A stretch of DNA of 64,000 nt from Patescibacteria group bacterium (GTDB lineage Bacteria; Patescibacteriota; Microgenomatia; UBA8517), in contig DATFUL010000003.1 in assembly GCA_035260845.1 (NCBI GenBank), forward strand, positions 11,067-75,066, given 5' to 3'. A program made the translations under genes and the position numbers. The stretch's first letter is position 1, and each line of letters starts with the position of its first letter. Below the pieces are notes generated by a model. It worked only from the letters and a program-made list of their open reading frames with translations. It searched no databases and was not told the origin of the DNA. This document shows positions 1 through 8,717 of this stretch, piece after piece.

Positions 1-475
1 AGTGGATACGCATAAAGGGATTAAGAGTTCTAAAAAGTCCCGCAAAAACAGTAGTTGTAATTAACCAGAAGGAAAGTCTGCCAAGAGTAATGTAAAGCTC
101 ACTTTTCGTTTTACAAAGCAGACAAAAGTCAGTAAAAATATAAAAAGGATCAAGACCAAGTCCTGCAAAATATCTAAAAAGTATAAAGGAAGTTATATGC
201 AAAAGGACCAAACTATAAATTGTAATCCCCTCCAAAACATGGAACTTAAAAATCCATCCACCAAATATTTCTGTCAATCGGCGCATAAAAGAACCCAGAA
301 TTATTTGTACAAAAAGCATCGTAAAAAGTGTTAAACCAAAAATGCGCTGCGCCAAATTGGCCAAAAAGGCAGAAGTTATGTGAATATGGCCAAAAGAAGT
401 ATTACTATAAATACTAAAAAAACCAAAAAACAAAAGAAGTATATAAACTATCCCGAAAACAAACTTGTTTTTCAT
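1..475 (-). CDS. Partial CDS (N-terminal part present, continues past the window start). Polytopic membrane protein with several His in predicted TM segments; function unknown.
   Basis: Minus-strand ATG at 475-473 opens a frame with no stop down to position 1 (hand-translated for about 60 codons: MKNKFVFGIVYILLLFFGFLVFYSNTSFGHIHITSAFLA...). Hydrophobic, TM-like. It is absent from the ORF track, probably because it is truncated by the window edge. Confidence 0.4.
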   Translation of the reverse strand, partial: MKNKFVFGIVYILLLFFGFFSIYSNTSFGHIHITSAFLANLAQRIFGLTLFTMLFVQIILGSFMRRLTEIFGGWIFKFHVLEGITIYSLVLLHITSFILFRYFAGLGLDPFYIFTDFCLLCKTKSELYITLGRLSFWLITTTVFAGLFRTLNPFMRIH

Positions 476-479
476 TTTG

Positions 480-553
480 TGGTCGCGGAGGGGCTCGAAC
501 CCCCGGCCTTTGCAATGTGAATGCAACGCTCTAACCAACTGAGCTACGCGACC
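480..553 (-). tRNA. tRNA-Val (anticodon CAC)
   Basis: The reverse complement reads GGTCGCG-TA-GCTC-AGTTGGTTA-GAGC-G-TTGCA-TTCACAT-TGCAA-AGGCC-GGGGG-TTCGAGC-CCCTC-CGCGACC-A. This gives a 7-bp acceptor stem, D, anticodon and T arms with a TTCGA T-loop, an anticodon loop TTCACAT (anticodon CAC), and discriminator A. CCA is not encoded. Confidence 0.85.
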
Positions 554-643
554 CTATAGGTATTAAGTGTTAATTATATGCTTCAGCATGGCTCCAAACA
601 AGAATTGACACAAATAATCCCATAGGTTATTACTACTCTGGAC

Positions 644-1231
644 ATGATTACAGAAAATCAACTGACTTTTAAATTTGATACCCGATATTTACGTTTTCCA
701 GAAGAGCCAAAAAAAATAAATATTGGAGGCTTTGAGTTTTACGATTATATTTCCCCACAAGCCATGAACGCAATCATTCAAAACTTTTCTGATCATATCA
801 ACTTACGAATGTTTGATGAAGTTCTTGTAAACCAATCCGGCGGGGATCATTTTGCTAAAAATTTAGCTTATTTACAAAAATACGATCGAAAAATAATAGA
901 TATTAATTATGCCCGGGGCGGCAAAATAAAAACCCCTGTCCCCGACCATTTGAGGGATAAAAAGATAGCAATAATTGAAGATATTTTAGATGGTGGTGGA
1001 ACCGCCCAAAGAATGGTTGAAGATGCACCAAATGCAACAATTTTGTTCATGACACAAAAAATCAATGTTCCAAATCAAATGCCAATTGACCATAAATTAG
1101 TAGCATTACTGATCGATAACGTGTGGGTTGGTGGATTTGGAATGAATATTGATGACGAGGGTGATTCCCTACCTAAAGACTTTCTCCGTGACTACCCAGG
1201 CCTAGCTGCAAAAATTATTAAAAATCGATAA
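644..1231 (+). CDS. hpt: Purine phosphoribosyltransferase (hypoxanthine/guanine PRTase-like, type I PRT fold)
   Basis: PRPP-binding motif KIAIIEDILDGGGT (hydrophobic run, acidic pair, then D-x-G-x-T). C-terminal WVGGFGMNID resembles the HGPRT C-terminal VVGYGLDY region. Confidence 0.6.
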   Translation: MITENQLTFKFDTRYLRFPEEPKKINIGGFEFYDYISPQAMNAIIQNFSDHINLRMFDEVLVNQSGGDHFAKNLAYLQKYDRKIIDINYARGGKIKTPVPDHLRDKKIAIIEDILDGGGTAQRMVEDAPNATILFMTQKINVPNQMPIDHKLVALLIDNVWVGGFGMNIDDEGDSLPKDFLRDYPGLAAKIIKNR

Positions 1232-1273
1232 ATACTGCTTGTATTTCCTACCTAAACTCAACATAATTAAGTA

Positions 1274-1858
1274 ATGTTCAAGCGTTTGGGCACATTTTTT
1301 TTGGATATTTCAGAAGTAATCGTGTTTGCAGTTGGAATCTTCTTTTTTGTTTATCTTCTTATTATGCGTCCTCACAAAATCGATGGCGAGAGTATGATGC
1401 CCAACTTTCAAAATGCCGAATATTTATTAACAGAAAAGGTTACCTATTATCTCCATAAACCGCAAAGAGGCGATGTTGTAGTTTTAAAACCCCCGCTAAA
1501 AGTTTCTGAGGGAGACGAGTTTATAAAAAGAATAATTGCCCTCCCGGGTGAGAAAGTAAAGGTCCTTGGAGCACATGTATATATCAACGACAAACTTCTT
1601 AAGGAGCCATATATCGGAAGCGATGTGGGTACATATGGCGGTCCATTTTTAACTGAGGGGGTTGAGTTCGTGGTTCCCGATAAGACGTACTTTTTAATGG
1701 GTGATAACCGCGAACATTCATCGGACTCCAGATATTGGGGCCCGGTTCCTTTGAACCTTTCACCAAACACTGAAAAAGAAGGTATTAACGGTCGCGCCTG
1801 GTTGATTTACTATCCATTTAACAAAGTCGGAGTTACAAAGAATCCAAATTATAATTAA
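1274..1858 (+). CDS. lepB: Signal peptidase I
   Basis: N-terminal TM segment; boxes GDVVVLKPP, FIKRIIALPGEKV and LMGDNREHSSDSRYWGPVP (the GDNR...S.DSR signature of SPase I). Confidence 0.85.
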   Translation: MFKRLGTFFLDISEVIVFAVGIFFFVYLLIMRPHKIDGESMMPNFQNAEYLLTEKVTYYLHKPQRGDVVVLKPPLKVSEGDEFIKRIIALPGEKVKVLGAHVYINDKLLKEPYIGSDVGTYGGPFLTEGVEFVVPDKTYFLMGDNREHSSDSRYWGPVPLNLSPNTEKEGINGRAWLIYYPFNKVGVTKNPNYN

Positions 1859-1862
1859 ATAA

Positions 1863-2708
1863 TTACGAAGTAACTGATTTGTAAACCTTCTGAAGTTTTT
1901 CCTCGGTTTCTTCTAGCCCACCCTTAAAAACGAATACTAGTCTTGTTTCTCTTTGAGATCTAACAAGTTTCACAGCAACTTTTTTGCTTTGGCCGTTAAC
2001 TGCGTCCCCTGGAATGAAGGCCATTTGCATATCCGCCTGCATTTTATCGATTTCTTCAGAAATTATTCTAACGTGCGGCTGATCTGCCCTTTTTGCTTCC
2101 TGTTGAGATTTAACTTTCATACGTCTCGCAAGCTCTTCTGCACGTCTCACAGAGCCTGATTCCCTTAAAACTATCTTATAGGCCTCAATCATCAAAGAAG
2201 GGTCATCTATGGCTGCTAGAGCCCTTGCGTGGCCTTCGGTAATAAGTCCAGACAAAAGTCCATCTTTTAGAGCATCTGGTAAAGAAAGAAGTCTTAGGGA
2301 ATTACTTACATAAGCAACTGATTTACCAATGCGGACTGCGATTTCGCTTGTAGTAAGGCCAAACTCATTCATAAGGCGTTCAAATCCCTTGGCCCGATCT
2401 AGTGCATTAAGGTCAACTCTTTGAACGTTTTCAACAAGGGCCATTTCAAGCATACCCTTAGGGGAAGTTTCGCGGACAATTACAGGAACATGAGTTAAGC
2501 CTGCAAGCTTACTTGCTCTCCAACGTCTTTCACCTGCAATAATCTGGAATCCAGCAGGAGTTTTGGCTACAACCAAAGGCTCTAAAATTCCATGCTCACG
2601 AATTGAATCGACTAAATCGACTAAGCTTTCTGGGGTTATTGCACCACGAGGTTGGAGTGGGTTTGGCTGGAGTTGGTTTATTTCAATTTGTACTACTTCT
2701 TCGGCCAT
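1863..2708 (-). CDS. parB: ParB/Spo0J-family partition or nucleoid-binding protein. No parA is present in the window.
   Basis: ParB box GFQIIAGERRWRASKLAGLTHVPVIV; helix-turn-helix region (SEIAVRIGKSVAYVSNSLRLL); protein length is typical of ParB. Confidence 0.85.
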   Translation of the reverse strand: MAEEVVQIEINQLQPNPLQPRGAITPESLVDLVDSIREHGILEPLVVAKTPAGFQIIAGERRWRASKLAGLTHVPVIVRETSPKGMLEMALVENVQRVDLNALDRAKGFERLMNEFGLTTSEIAVRIGKSVAYVSNSLRLLSLPDALKDGLLSGLITEGHARALAAIDDPSLMIEAYKIVLRESGSVRRAEELARRMKVKSQQEAKRADQPHVRIISEEIDKMQADMQMAFIPGDAVNGQSKKVAVKLVRSQRETRLVFVFKGGLEETEEKLQKVYKSVTS

Positions 2709-2711
2709 AAA

Positions 2712-2966
2712 TTAGCTTGAAACGACGCTAACCACCTTTTTACCAAGTTTTGTTCCAAATTTAACAACACCTTCAAGCATTGAATATAAAGTGTGGTCAC
2801 GTCCCGCGCGAACATTTTTACCCTTGTGAAAGGTTGTTCCACGTTGTCTTACTAAAATTGATCCAACCTTTACTTTCTCGCCTCCGGAGACCTTAACTTC
2901 CAAGCGTTTTCCGACTGGACTTACATGTTGTGAAGCTTTTCCACCTGCGGCTTTATGTGTAGACAT
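2712..2966 (-). CDS. rpmA: 50S ribosomal protein L27
   Basis: MSTHKAAGGKAS...GKRLEVKVSGGEKVKVGSILVRQRGTTFHKGKNVRAGRDHTLYSMLEGVVKF matches the L27 consensus (G.K...GG..V..G.I..RQRGT.FH.G.NVG.GRD.TLFA). The start is placed at ATG 2966-2964 (MSTHK) rather than the TTG-initiated extension in the ORF track. Confidence 0.85.
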   Translation of the reverse strand: MSTHKAAGGKASQHVSPVGKRLEVKVSGGEKVKVGSILVRQRGTTFHKGKNVRAGRDHTLYSMLEGVVKFGTKLGKKVVSVVSS

Positions 2967-3003
2967 ATTTTTGTTCCGTCTACACTTGCATATGTGTAGA
3001 CAT
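2955..3003 (-). promoter_or_regulatory. rpmA leader element. A 12-nt direct repeat carrying the start codon (ATGTCTACACAT, twice), with an inverted copy between them, can form two mutually exclusive 8-bp hairpins. A 7-codon upstream ORF is also present.
   Basis: On the plus strand, atgtgtagacat occurs at 2955-2966 and 2992-3003, gtctacac at 2978-2985, and gtgtagac at 2957-2964 and 2994-3001. In the mRNA the downstream copy is the L27 start (MSTH). The upstream copy opens M-S-T-H-M-Q-V-stop in another frame. Confidence 0.4.
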
Positions 3004-3080
3004 CTTGGGGACAATATAAATTAAATTTTCACAGCTGTCAAGAGGTCAGAAAGATATATATTGATGCACTCTGAAGCGAA

Positions 3081-3410
3081 TTAACCAATTTTCTCTACCA
3101 TTACTCGAGTGTGCTGAGACCTAAAACCTGTATGTTTTCTGTATCTGCTTTTAGCCTTAAAATGATAAACCTCAATTTTTTCACCCATTTCCATTTCTTT
3201 AAGTACTTTAAGTGTAACTTTGGCACCTTTGACGACAGGTTTACCCACTTCTACCTTTTCTCCGTCGGCCACCAAAAGAACTTCAGGAGTAAGCTTAAGA
3301 TCGTTCATCTTATCGATTAAGAGTTCTTGTCCTTCTTGGACTTTATATTGTCTGCCTAAAATTCTAATAACAGCGTATTTTTGAGCTTTAACTTTTGCCA
3401 TATAGGCCAT
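3081..3410 (-). CDS. rplU: 50S ribosomal protein L21
   Basis: N-terminal KYAVIRILGRQYKVQEGQELLIDKM is the L21 signature (YAVI..GGKQYKV..G). The gene sits directly upstream of rpmA, the conserved rplU-rpmA arrangement. Confidence 0.85.
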   Translation of the reverse strand: MAYMAKVKAQKYAVIRILGRQYKVQEGQELLIDKMNDLKLTPEVLLVADGEKVEVGKPVVKGAKVTLKVLKEMEMGEKIEVYHFKAKSRYRKHTGFRSQHTRVMVEKIG

Positions 3411-3413
3411 ATT

Positions 3414-4445
3414 TTAACCTCGATAGGCTCCTAATGCAATCCCTAAGCCTATCATTGTAGCTAGAAGAGAAGACCCACCAGCAGAAACTAATGGGAAAGG
3501 TAGTCCCGTCACAGGAAAAATACCCATATTCATACCTGTATGTACAAAAACCTGGACTAAATAAGTGAGTAAGAATCCCGATATATATGCCCGTGCGGCA
3601 GGACTAGTTGAATTTTCCATAAATTTTGTAAGTCTAAATAAAATCACGAAGGTTGCTACCAACATCAACGAAGTGCCAATAAACCCAAGTTCTTCCCCCA
3701 CTGCTGCAAAAATAAAGTCGGTTTGTTTTTCGGGAAGGAATGATAACTGGGTTTGAATCCCCCGCCCAAGGCCGCGGCCATCAAATTTACCAGCCCCTGC
3801 AGCAATAGTTGCCTGAATACTATTATAACCAGCGCCTAGTGGGTCTGAAGTTGGTTCTAAAAATGTTAAAAGTCTAAGTTTTTGATAAGGAGCCATAATT
3901 TGCCAAAAGATAGGAATTACTACAGCAATGCCCAAAAGGCCAAATAACAAATATTTTTTATTAAAATCAGAGGCAATTAGAACTCCAAAAAAACCAACCA
4001 GTGTTAGAACTGCAACGCTCAATGATGGCTGAACAAGAATAAGGACTGTAGGAATCGCGAGCAATAAAATTGCCTTAAAAAATCTATTTATTTTTACCTT
4101 TTCTTTTGTTAAGAAACTTGCAAAAAATACCAACAGGAAGGGGCGGGCGAGTTCGGAGGGTTGAAGAGTAAATGAGCCAATGGGAATCCAACGAATAGTA
4201 CCATTTGTAACCCTGCCTATTATAAGAGTGAGAATTAGAAGAAATATTGTGATTACGTAAAAATGTGTAGAAAACAAAGAAACGATATCAAATCCAATTT
4301 GTGAGAAAAACCACAACAAAGCCAGCGAGAGAATTATATAAACAAAATATAGTGGAAATATACCAGGCGCAATCGAGTTGAGTATAAATACACTGAGTAT
4401 TAGCAAAAAACCAATAGAAATCGATAAACCTATATCCTTAAACAT
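3414..4445 (-). CDS. rodA: SEDS-family peptidoglycan glycosyltransferase (RodA/FtsW-like). It lies outside the dcw cluster, so RodA-like.
   Basis: About 10 TM segments; SEDS motifs DFIFAAVGEELGFIGTS and GLPFPLVSAGGSSLL. Its start overlaps the ileS stop (TAATG). Confidence 0.75.
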   Translation of the reverse strand: MFKDIGLSISIGFLLILSVFILNSIAPGIFPLYFVYIILSLALLWFFSQIGFDIVSLFSTHFYVITIFLLILTLIIGRVTNGTIRWIPIGSFTLQPSELARPFLLVFFASFLTKEKVKINRFFKAILLLAIPTVLILVQPSLSVAVLTLVGFFGVLIASDFNKKYLLFGLLGIAVVIPIFWQIMAPYQKLRLLTFLEPTSDPLGAGYNSIQATIAAGAGKFDGRGLGRGIQTQLSFLPEKQTDFIFAAVGEELGFIGTSLMLVATFVILFRLTKFMENSTSPAARAYISGFLLTYLVQVFVHTGMNMGIFPVTGLPFPLVSAGGSSLLATMIGLGIALGAYRG

Positions 4446-7400
4446 TAAGAGGCTTTACTAACTTTAAACTTACCGACTTTGAGACTTGATATCTGAGCTT
4501 TCTTAGTCATCCACTGAACAAGTTTTGTGTTCGTAGGCATTTCATCAATAACAACGTCTGCTCTTTGAGTAAGATTTAGACCCAATTCCTTTCGTGCATC
4601 TTGAATCTTACGTATTAGATCACGGATACTTGCCTCTTCTTCAAGTTCTTTCGTTATTTTCATATCTAATTTATTACTTTTTGATCCCCAGATTAAATTT
4701 TTGACATTTATTTCATCCTTAATTAAGTATTCAAGATTTTTAGAAACTGCTTTAAGGGTCGATGTGTATGAATTTAATGGCTGCCTAACAGGAATACTAT
4801 TTTCTTTTCTAACCGAATGGGCCGTTTCTACAAGCTCACGAACTTTCAGCATTTCTTCAACTAGATCAGTGTTTACCTTACCCAAAGATTTTGGCCAATC
4901 GGATAAATGTACCGATTCCTCTTTTGTAAGATTTTTGTACATAAATTCAGACAAGAATGGTGTAAATGGAGCCATAATCTTACTTAATGTTACTAAAACA
5001 AAGTAATTGGTCTGGTAAAAATTATTTTTGTCTTTTTCGGACTCGGAAGCTGGCCCTACTCTATCGCGCGATCTTCTTACATACCAAAGAGACAGGTCAT
5101 CAACAAACTTTTCGATTTCACCGCTTCCTGTAAAGGCGTCATATTTTTCAAGTGCATTTGTGACGACAGCTATGGTTTGGTTAAGTCTTGCTAAAATCCA
5201 TTGATCCAAAACATTTTGAGATTTGATTTTTGATTTTTGATCTTTAAGTGGTTGAAAACCGTCTAGGTTGGCGTATGTCACAAAAAAATTATAGACATTC
5301 CAAAGTTTTAGATGAAACCTGCGCCTAACTTCATCAGCAATTTTATAACCAAAAAGCATATTATCGGCAGGGTTTGCCCTAGAATACATCCAGCGCATAA
5401 CATCAGCTCCAATTATGTCTGCTCCTTCATTAAATTCAATCGAGTTCCCCCAGCTTTTGTGCATTGGGCGCCCATCTGCACCTGACAAAGTTCCATAACC
5501 CAAAACTGTTTTCATTGGATTAATATCTTCAAGAACTGTGCTCATAGCAATTAAAGAATAGAACCAGTTTTTAAATTGTCCCGGGAAGCTTTCGGTAATA
5601 AAATCTGCTGGAAACCAGTTTTGCCAAGCTTTTTTATTTGTAAGGTATAGGGGTTTTGTTTTAGTTACTTCAAAATTTGCGGCTTCGTTATTTTCACTTA
5701 TAGTTGAAAACGGCACAATTCCTGCGTCAAGCCAGGGGTTACCTACCGGCTCAATTCTGGAGGCGACGTTTCCACAATTTGAACACTTGATTTTGACTCC
5801 ATCAATTTGTGGTTTATGAGGAGTTTTACCTTTAAATTCTGCCCACCCCTTAACGGCTCTTTCTTCTAATTCTTCTTTACTTCCAATTACTTCAAAATTA
5901 CCACACTCTGTACATTCCCAAATGGGAAGAGCAAGTCCCCAATACCTGTTTTTCTTACTTATAAGCCAATCATGCATATTGTCTAACCAGTCCATCTCGC
6001 GGGCAAGCCCAAAACCAGGAATCCAATTTATTTTTGCTGCCGAATCCTTCATTCTTTGCCTTAGTGTTCGCAGGTCTTGAACTTCCTGTTGCTTTTCATC
6101 ATCCTCTGCCCAGTCAGTAACTTCTGACTTTTGATTTTTGACTTTTGATTTTAGGATTCCCTTATCCATTGCAATGTACCACTCGTCAGCTACTTTCCAG
6201 ACAAGCTCGGTTTTACATCTCCAACAAGCTGGGTACCTATGTGTGTAGTTTTCTATTTTGAAGTAAAAGTGTTTGCCTTCTGCGTCTAATTTTTTAAGGT
6301 AGTCTAAAACTACTTCTGGATGTTTTTTGGCATTAAGACCACTTAAAAATCCAAGTTCACTCATATAACTTGCGTCGTCTTCAATTACAGGAATCATTGG
6401 AAGGCCAAGTTTTTTACCCAATTTAAAGTCTTCTGTTCCAGCAGAAACTGCTGTATGCACAAGCCCTGTCCCTTCTGTAACTGTTATTGGCAAAATAAAA
6501 TTATCTGTTGCAACAACTGTATGGAACATGTCATTTTTGCCTTTTGCAACCTCTGCAACTTTTGGAAGGTCATCGAAAGCACCTGTATATCTTAAACCGA
6601 CCAACTTGGACCCTTTAACTGTCTTTAGAACTTTATGGTCCTCCTTGTCTACAACTCTGTCTTTTGAATCTTTTGCAATCCAATATTTACGCTTACCAAC
6701 TTCAACTAATGAATAATCAAGTTCTGAGTCAACCGCAACTGCAATATTTGCAGGAACTGTCCAAGGGGTAGTTGTCCAAACCAACAAATATTCTTCTGAT
6801 TGGCCAACAATCGGGAAAGCTAAATAAACAGATTGATGAGTAATTACTTTATAGTCTTCAGTTAGCATCTCGTGTTGGCTTATCGCGGTTTCACACCTTG
6901 GGCACCACGGGACCGACTCGTGACCTTTGTAAATCCAACCATTTTCAAAACAGCGCTTAAGAAATGTCCAAATCATATAATTATTGTCGTCACTTAAGGT
7001 GTAGTAAGAGTGATCCCAATCCATAAAGTTGCCCAATCTCTTAGTTTGCTCAGTTTGAATTCCTGAATATTTTTTAACACGATCCCTACAAAGTTGAACA
7101 AACTTGGCTACTCCAAATTTCTCGATATCTTTTTTGTTTGTAAATCCAAGCTCTTTTTCTACTTCTACCTCCACCCAAAGACCTTGTGCGTCGAAACCGT
7201 TTTGGAAAAGCTGGTTAAAGCCTTGCATATTCTTAAACCTCCTCCAAAGGTCTTTGTAGGTACGTCCCCAAGCATGATGAACCCCCATTGGGTTATTGGC
7301 GGTAATTGGACCATCTATAAAAGAGAAGTATTTTTTGGAGGTTTTATTGCGGTTTAGGTACTTTTTAACTACACCCTTTTTGTACCAGTCAGATAAGAGC

Positions 7401-7468
7401 TTTTTCTCAAGCTCCGGAAAATTCACATTTTGCTCTACAGGCTCAAAATAGGTCTTGTTTCTGGCCAT
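4445..7468 (-). CDS. ileS: Isoleucyl-tRNA synthetase (class I, long or type-2 form, 1007 aa)
   Basis: Class I HIGH-like region PITANNPMGVHHAWGRT, KMSKS-like MHKSWGNSI, editing and zinc regions (WCPRCETAIS, CSNCGN). The size is typical of IleS. Two lysine-rich low-complexity inserts are encoded by short tandem DNA repeats. Confidence 0.8.
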   Translation of the reverse strand: MARNKTYFEPVEQNVNFPELEKKLLSDWYKKGVVKKYLNRNKTSKKYFSFIDGPITANNPMGVHHAWGRTYKDLWRRFKNMQGFNQLFQNGFDAQGLWVEVEVEKELGFTNKKDIEKFGVAKFVQLCRDRVKKYSGIQTEQTKRLGNFMDWDHSYYTLSDDNNYMIWTFLKRCFENGWIYKGHESVPWCPRCETAISQHEMLTEDYKVITHQSVYLAFPIVGQSEEYLLVWTTTPWTVPANIAVAVDSELDYSLVEVGKRKYWIAKDSKDRVVDKEDHKVLKTVKGSKLVGLRYTGAFDDLPKVAEVAKGKNDMFHTVVATDNFILPITVTEGTGLVHTAVSAGTEDFKLGKKLGLPMIPVIEDDASYMSELGFLSGLNAKKHPEVVLDYLKKLDAEGKHFYFKIENYTHRYPACWRCKTELVWKVADEWYIAMDKGILKSKVKNQKSEVTDWAEDDEKQQEVQDLRTLRQRMKDSAAKINWIPGFGLAREMDWLDNMHDWLISKKNRYWGLALPIWECTECGNFEVIGSKEELEERAVKGWAEFKGKTPHKPQIDGVKIKCSNCGNVASRIEPVGNPWLDAGIVPFSTISENNEAANFEVTKTKPLYLTNKKAWQNWFPADFITESFPGQFKNWFYSLIAMSTVLEDINPMKTVLGYGTLSGADGRPMHKSWGNSIEFNEGADIIGADVMRWMYSRANPADNMLFGYKIADEVRRRFHLKLWNVYNFFVTYANLDGFQPLKDQKSKIKSQNVLDQWILARLNQTIAVVTNALEKYDAFTGSGEIEKFVDDLSLWYVRRSRDRVGPASESEKDKNNFYQTNYFVLVTLSKIMAPFTPFLSEFMYKNLTKEESVHLSDWPKSLGKVNTDLVEEMLKVRELVETAHSVRKENSIPVRQPLNSYTSTLKAVSKNLEYLIKDEINVKNLIWGSKSNKLDMKITKELEEEASIRDLIRKIQDARKELGLNLTQRADVVIDEMPTNTKLVQWMTKKAQISSLKVGKFKVSKAS

Positions 7469-7503
7469 ACTGAGGCTATTGTACTACCTAAAAGTTTACG
7501 AAA

Positions 7504-8664
7504 CTAGTGGATTTTGCGAAGAAATGCCGGGATCTCAAATTTTTCACCAAAAGTATCACTATCATTGTCGTCATTTTGCTCTTCGGGGGGTTCAACCTTC
7601 CTCTCATTTTCATCACGGCTAATCACGTTAGACCTAACAGGATCACTAACAACACCCTGAACAATAGGCGGCTGGGTGGGCTGGCGCATTTGAGCAATTC
7701 TACTTCTTGTTTCATCAAAACCAGTAGCGATTACTGTAATCCTTACTTGGTCTGCCAAGTCGTCTTTAACAACAGCACCGAAAATTACATTTGCATCAGG
7801 GTCGGCGGCGCCGCTAATTATACGTGCGGCCTCGTCAACTTCAAACATAGTCAAGTCATTGCCACCTGCAATGTTAAATAAGACTCCACGTGCACCCTCT
7901 ATAGAAAGATCAAGAAGTGGTGAGGAAACTGCTGCACGGGCGGCCATTTGAGCCCTGTTTTCTCCAACTCCAGTCCCAATTCCAAGTAGAGCTGAACCTG
8001 CATCCTTCATGATGGTCTTTACGTCAGCAAAGTCGACGTTAACCAAGCCCGCGGTTGTGATTATATCTGCAATTCCACCAACTGCTTGCCCAAGAACTGA
8101 GTCAACTACCTTAAAAGCCTCAAGAAGGGTCATTTTTCTATCAATTACGTCCATCAAGCGCTGATTTGGAATAACTATTAATGTATCTGTTGCCTCTTTT
8201 AGCTTTTCTATACCATCCTCTGCTGCAACTGCACGCCTTGTTCCCTCAAAGGCAAATGGTTTGGTTACTACTCCAACGGTTAAGGCTCCGGCTTCTTTTG
8301 CTAATTTAGCAATCACTGGTGCTGATCCTGTACCAGTTCCACCACCCATTCCTGCAGTAACAAAGACCATATCTGAGTCAATTAAAAGTTCTTTAATTTT
8401 TTCAATTGACTCCTCAGCTGCCATTGTCCCTATTTCAGGATTTCCGCCAACACCAAGTCCTTTTGTTAATTTTTCACCAATTTGAAGTTTTGTGGGAGCT
8501 TTACTCTGAAGAAGTACTTGAGCATCTGTATTAATCGCGATAAATTCAACACCATTAACATTGCCGGCTTCGATCATGGAAGAAATTGCGTTTCCACCAC
8601 CACCACCCACTCCAATAACTTTTATTTTTGCTATTCTTGCTGAATCAGGTTTAACTAAAGCCAT
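7504..8664 (-). CDS. ftsZ: Cell division GTPase FtsZ
   Basis: Tubulin signature [10 protein letters not shown] and T7 region [18 protein letters not shown]; C-terminal conserved peptide EIPAFLRK. Confidence 0.95.
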   Translation of the reverse strand: MALVKPDSARIAKIKVIGVGGGGGNAISSMIEAGNVNGVEFIAINTDAQVLLQSKAPTKLQIGEKLTKGLGVGGNPEIGTMAAEESIEKIKELLIDSDMVFVTAGMGGGTGTGSAPVIAKLAKEAGALTVGVVTKPFAFEGTRRAVAAEDGIEKLKEATDTLIVIPNQRLMDVIDRKMTLLEAFKVVDSVLGQAVGGIADIITTAGLVNVDFADVKTIMKDAGSALLGIGTGVGENRAQMAARAAVSSPLLDLSIEGARGVLFNIAGGNDLTMFEVDEAARIISGAADPDANVIFGAVVKDDLADQVRITVIATGFDETRSRIAQMRQPTQPPIVQGVVSDPVRSNVISRDENERKVEPPEEQNDDNDSDTFGEKFEIPAFLRKIH

Positions 8665-8717
8665 ATTAATTTATTAATTCACGCGTCGCCGCATTGTATA
8701 TTGGGCAGAGGAAAAAC

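Noticed and set aside
480-1231. tRNA-Val as the integration site of a mobile element or island
   Set aside because: The genes flanking the tRNA are ordinary housekeeping genes (PRTase, lepB). No integrase, direct repeat of the tRNA 3' end, or compositional break is visible.
2967-3014. ORF-track N-terminal extension of L27 (MSPRCLHICKCRRNKN)
   Set aside because: It starts at TTG, has no similarity to L27, and the L27 consensus aligns from MSTHK at the ATG at 2966. The region is better explained as a structured leader.
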